From positions 1-64,000 of IMG/VR virus record IMGVR_UViG_3300033121_002154: DNA of 64,000 bases; one strand, 5' to 3'. Under the pieces are notes generated by a model. The model was given only the letters and a program-made list of their open reading frames with translations, had not been told where the DNA came from and made no database searches. This document shows positions 59,541 to 64,000 of this stretch, piece after piece (the first letter of the stretch is position 1; each line of letters begins with the position of its first letter). This stretch comes from a virus. Taxonomy: Duplodnaviria > Caudoviricetes. A program made the position numbers and the translations under genes.

Positions 59541-59948
59541 TTATTTCGATAAGTTAATATTTATCTCATTTTTATAACTGACTATTAAATCAGCTTTTCT
59601 AAAAATAGAAGTGCATAAACCTTTTCTTGTAAGTTCTGTAAATTCATCAATTTTTTCTTTTATTCCTTTTACATGTTTTAATATTTCTTTATATCTTGTT
59701 TTCCCAATTTTTTCAATTGTACAGTCTGGAACATTATTATTTAAATGTTTAAAAAATACATTAATATCCATTATTAGCCATATAACTGTTTGATTGCTTT
59801 TTGACATTTTATTAAAAACATTTTCATCTTTTTCATAATTTCTCCATACATTATCACCAAAACCCAGAATCAAAGCAATTTCTAATGGTTTTAATTTATA
59901 AACTTTGCGAATTGCTTTCATATCATTAAAAATAATATCATGTATCAT
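59541..59948 (-). CDS. XRE-type HTH protein
   Basis: IRKVYKLKPLEIALILGFGDNVWRNYE. Confidence 0.6.
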   Translation of the reverse strand: MIHDIIFNDMKAIRKVYKLKPLEIALILGFGDNVWRNYEKDENVFNKMSKSNQTVIWLIMDINVFFKHLNNNVPDCTIEKIGKTRYKEILKHVKGIKEKIDEFTELTRKGLCTSIFRKADLIVSYKNEININLSK

Positions 59949-59961
59949 TTTATCTAAATAA

Positions 59962-61400
59962 TTATAATTGACAAAAATTTTTTCGAATATCCTTTAAAGT
60001 ATTTATAGTTAAAAATCTATCACCAACAATTTTATTATAAAATTTTTGTTCATATTCATCTTCATCTAATTCATCATCATAATTGTCTAAACCCCGTTCG
60101 TCAACTGGAATATCAATTGAACCACCAATAATATATTTATTATAATGTTCTATTAATTCTTGGATAATATCAAAAAACTGCCAATCTTTTAAACTACTTT
60201 TACAATATTTAATACCAGTACAATAATTAATATAAGGATAATCTCCCTTGACAATACTATTTTTAACAAAATCTTCTATTTTAATTTCCCAATAAGTATT
60301 CTTTATTCTAAATGAACAAATGATACTCATATTTCCATTAATATTTAATAAAATATTTGCCCATACTCCTGAAGTTTCAATTAAATATTTATTATTAAAA
60401 TCAGCATACATATTTTACTGCCTTTCCATTATTAAACATTTCAAGATGAATACAAACATTAATACTACAAAGGTAATCTGCTAAATCTCTATCAATTTTT
60501 GATAAACCACGATTTAATGAACCATATTTATTCATAATATTCCATTCATCTGTTTCACCATCATAATACCAAAAAGTTATATCAGAACATTTTTTCATTT
60601 CACTTTCAGTTAATTGATCAGTTGATCTTAATTGCAATTGACACTCTGATATATTAGCTTCTTCATTAAAATATTTAACATCTTCAGCAACTAAAATATC
60701 ATATTGAACTTCTCTAAAAAGTTTAATATTTCCATCAACAAAATTTAATGAATGAATATCCCAAAGTTTATTTTTGTAAATAATTTTTGCATTAGGATAA
60801 TGAAATAAATCATCAAATTCTAATTTTTCTATTTTTATTTTTTGTTTCAAAGTTTTGTTTAATATTTTTATTAATCCATTTTTTCGAAACTTCTTACAGT
60901 AATTTCCCTCATTTCAAAAAATTCAAGATGATAAAAACAATCTTCATATGTAGAATTATCTGAATATAAATTGGATATAAATTTTATTCCTAAGTATCTA
61001 TTATCTATATCATAGACATCAATAGATGTTTCATAATGTCGATATTTTTCAACTTCCAAATTCCATCCTACAAGTTTTGAATTATGTTCAAAATATTCAA
61101 TCCATATATCTTCAGGTAGGCATTCTAACCAATCACATTCATTTTGTAAAATTTTTTTACTATTTAATTTTTCTAACAACTTATCAAATCTATCCATTCT
61201 TCTTTTAATTTTTTTTTATTAAGTTCAATTTTTAATTCTTCTAAAAATTCATTAGCTAATTTTTCAGTCGCATATTGAGCATGTTGTTTTCCCAACCAAA
61301 ATCCTGTCCAAAGAATATCATCTTTATATTGAGGATAATACATATCTTTAATATGTTTTACACGAAATTTTCTATTTTTATTATATTTCATTCTCTTCAA
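59962..61400 (-). CDS. four hypothetical genes (59962-60411, 60401-60850, 60871-61197, 61173-61400)
   Basis: Closely packed co-oriented ORFs. Confidence 0.55.
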
Positions 61401-62022
61401 AATTTATAAAAGCATCTCTGTCATAAAATGCAGCTTTATAAAAAATATTTGCTCTAATTTTACCTTCATCATCAATTAAATTGCTCCACATTGAATGGTC
61501 AGTTGCTGTTAATTTCCAATCTTTTGGTAATATAACATCATAAAACAATGCATCATCATCTTTCTTTCTGTCTAAAATTAATATCCCCATAGACTGATAT
61601 TTTTCTCTAATATCTATTCCATATGGTGAATTTACTTTTATAGGAAGTTGAGAGGAATTTACTAATTCTCTTTGACCTGCTGTTTCTTGCGCCTCAATAG
61701 CTCCAGGATTTCCACCACCTAACCATTCAGGATTAGGATTTTTTGTTGTATCTGTTATTTTATTCATTTTTATTTTTTTTAATAAATTGTTTAAAAATTG
61801 TTTAATACTTTTAGATTTTTTTGGTATATTTTTTTTAATAATTAATATATCATTTTCTAATTCTATAACTTTTTTTTTATTTTCAATAATTAATTTTCTT
61901 GCTTCTTCTATATCATATACTGTTATTGGCTTAAAATCTTTTCTTGTAATATTCCAAATGTATATTGTGTCTTTATTAAAAACATTCATCATTATCATAT
62001 CCTTCAAATAAATGATAATCAC
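61381..62022 (-). CDS. conserved phage protein (possibly two fused ORFs)
   Basis: AIEAQE..GQ..L...LP..W....DHSMW..L.D..G..RA.IFYKAAFYDRDA. Confidence 0.6.
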   Translation of the reverse strand: MIIIYLKDMIMMNVFNKDTIYIWNITRKDFKPITVYDIEEARKLIIENKKKVIELENDILIIKKNIPKKSKSIKQFLNNLLKKIKMNKITDTTKNPNPEWLGGGNPGAIEAQETAGQRELVNSSQLPIKVNSPYGIDIREKYQSMGILILDRKKDDDALFYDVILPKDWKLTATDHSMWSNLIDDEGKIRANIFYKAAFYDRDAFINFEENEI

Positions 62023-62414
62023 GTTTTTCTCTATCTGTTAAATCTTCTTTTCTACCACATGGATCATTCCACGGTTTTCTTGGATCATCACCGTCAAATC
62101 CATTATGCGGTGCGAATGGATTATCTTTTTCCATTGGATCATTCCACGGTTGTGTTGGATCTGTATTTAATGGTTCACTCATTTTTATTCCTTTCATTTT
62201 TATTTTTTTGTAATATTTTTAATGGATATTTAGAAACAAATAAAATATTTTCTTCATATTTAATTCGACAATAGGCATAACCAACAAATTTATTCTGTAT
62301 AAAATTTGTGACCAAAAAACCATTATCATTCATATAAACTTTATCTCCATCATGAATAACTTTAGGTTCAAAAATTTTAATTTTTTCCATTTTTAAACAT
62401 TTAAATGTTTGCAA
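61976..62414 (-). CDS. two small genes (61976-62197 with PWNDP repeats; 62175-62414)
   Basis: Co-oriented overlapping ORFs. Confidence 0.5.
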
Positions 62415-63397
62415 TCATATTTACTGCAAATTATACATGGCATTTTTACTCTATTATCAGTCCTGTTTTCATTATTAAACATTTTTCTATACTGAATAAA
62501 TCCCCTAAAATTTCCACACCAGCCATTCTCATATGCCATTTGATTTTCAAAAGCATATTTAGCATTACCATGTGAACCTTCATATTCAGATTCATTCATA
62601 ACTTTTGCACAATGTTCAAAAGCACTCCAATGTCCTGATTCTAATAATCTATCATGAAGTTTTAAATCTGCATTATAATCATCTTTGCCTTCAAATGAAT
62701 TATAACTTATTCTGGCACATCTGGCTGTTGATATTTCTATTTTAGTAAAAACTCTTATTTCTTTAGAAGATTCTTCTACACTTTCATTCATTGTTGCTTC
62801 TTTAACATCCCTTTTTATACATTCCCATAATCTATCTTCATCAAATGTATCACCAAATGGTATATGCCATTGACCTTCTTTTAATTTTTCCGGAATTGAT
62901 TTGTTATATTCAATTAACATTTTATTAGCTAAATCTTGTAAATGAATATCTGCTGCTTCATTGGCTCGTAAAGCAAAAAAGTTTTTAAATTCAGTAGCAG
63001 TTACTAAAACCGTGTGCCACATAAAAGGTTCTAATAGTCTATTACATAATTGTTTTGTAACCCCATATTCAGTTAAGTGTTCAGCCATTGTTATGGCTAA
63101 ATCTCTTGCATCCAACCATTTTTGTTTACATTTATCCCATTCATGAGGGTGTTCAAAGTATTCTGTTCCCTGCATTCCTGTATGTTCTTTCATCCATTTA
63201 ATTGGAATAAATGGATTTGTTTTTACCATTTCTAACATTTTGTTAAATGGAATTGCTCTTGAACTTGCTGAATTACGTGAAAACATTCTATGAGTATTAA
63301 ATTCCGCCAAAATATATCTGGGAAATGTTAATACAAATGTAGTAATTCTATTACCTCTTACATCTGCTGAATCTTTTATTATTTTTGCACTAATCAT
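62393..63397 (-). CDS. thyX: flavin-dependent thymidylate synthase (phage ThyX type)
   Basis: RYILAEFNTHRMFSRNSASSRAIP, KQ..NRLLEPF, ARCARISY, GHWSAFEH. Confidence 0.88.
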   Translation of the reverse strand: MISAKIIKDSADVRGNRITTFVLTFPRYILAEFNTHRMFSRNSASSRAIPFNKMLEMVKTNPFIPIKWMKEHTGMQGTEYFEHPHEWDKCKQKWLDARDLAITMAEHLTEYGVTKQLCNRLLEPFMWHTVLVTATEFKNFFALRANEAADIHLQDLANKMLIEYNKSIPEKLKEGQWHIPFGDTFDEDRLWECIKRDVKEATMNESVEESSKEIRVFTKIEISTARCARISYNSFEGKDDYNADLKLHDRLLESGHWSAFEHCAKVMNESEYEGSHGNAKYAFENQMAYENGWCGNFRGFIQYRKMFNNENRTDNRVKMPCIICSKYDCKHLNV

Positions 63398-63417
63398 ATT
63401 TTTTTATTAAATTATTT

Positions 63418-63898
63418 TTATAATTCAGAATCAGAATCATATATACACTTAAATTTTAAAATTCTTTCTGTTTCTTTATTTTCAACTATTAATGTCATTT
63501 CTTTTGTTGCATCTGAATTATAGTCTACTATATCTACCATATTATTATTTTTCAAATAATTTTCCCATGCAATATCTGACATACCATCTTCAAATATATA
63601 GTTTAAAAATTTATTATAAGAAACATCTGGCAATTTATGTTCTGAACCATCATCAAATTTTATTTTTATTATTGTACTCATTTTTTAATTTTTAATTTTT
63701 ATTTATTTGATCCGTTATGTATATTTGTTTACCCCAACAACTTAAGTATATAGGAACATTATTTTTATTAACATATACAGTAATGAACGTTTCTTTATTA
63801 TTTAAAGATTTAATAAATTTATTTAACTTGCGTTTTGACCATTTCTTTTTTAATCCTTTTAAATACTTGCTATATGAAAATTCAATATTCTTTTTCAT
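63418..63898 (-). CDS. two small hypothetical genes (63418-63681, 63692-63898)
   Basis: Co-oriented ORFs. Confidence 0.5.
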
Positions 63899-64000
63899 TT
63901 CTTATTTTACTTTTATTTATAATCTTGTATTTTTTAACATTGCAACAAAATATGTATAATAATCTGCAAATTTACTAATTTCTTCAATAAATAATTTAGC

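Noticed and set aside
1-64000. Stop-codon reassignment as in some large phages
   Set aside because: Portal, MCP, CCA and ThyX are intact under the standard code, and TAA, TAG and TGA all terminate genes at tight junctions
1-64000. tRNA or rRNA genes
   Set aside because: No GC-rich cloverleaf-like segments seen; intergenic gaps are short and AT-rich (tRNAscan not run)

Overview
An AT-rich (visibly about three-quarters A+T) segment of a large T4-like/jumbo dsDNA phage genome, read with the standard code. Bases 1-51.5 kb hold the head-morphogenesis region: gp13-like neck protein, GIY-YIG homing endonuclease, gp68-like core protein, terminase large subunit, portal, gp21-like prohead protease, acidic scaffold and gp23-like major capsid protein, closed by a strong terminator. 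Bases 51.6-64 kb are a convergent minus-strand block of small early-type genes (ThyX, MazG-like and DUF550-like pyrophosphatases, an HTH protein, a uS3-like KH protein). Main observations: (1) About 36 plus-strand genes share an N-terminal amphipathic leader ending in [I/L]-x-E (strict form MKI[T/S]KKQLIKLIKEQ), matching the predicted protease sites in the capsid protein and scaffold. The leader is fused to very diverse cargo: ADP-ribosyltransferase folds (about 11 candidates in the region, most with leaders), a CCA-adding enzyme, zincin peptidases and a PhoB-type winged helix. This is inferred to be a large capsid-packaged, injected effector arsenal. (2) In two genes the leader is disconnected from its cargo by a simple-sequence-repeat frameshift. 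(3) TerL is split by an atypical split intein (31-aa IntN, 113-aa IntC) with seven genes between the halves. (4) Two ribosomal-protein-derived genes are present (bS21 and a uS3-like KH domain). (5) Host-like cohesin, dockerin and beta-helix surface proteins point to a Bacteroidota/Ignavibacteria-type host. All family calls come from motif recognition by eye; no searches were run.
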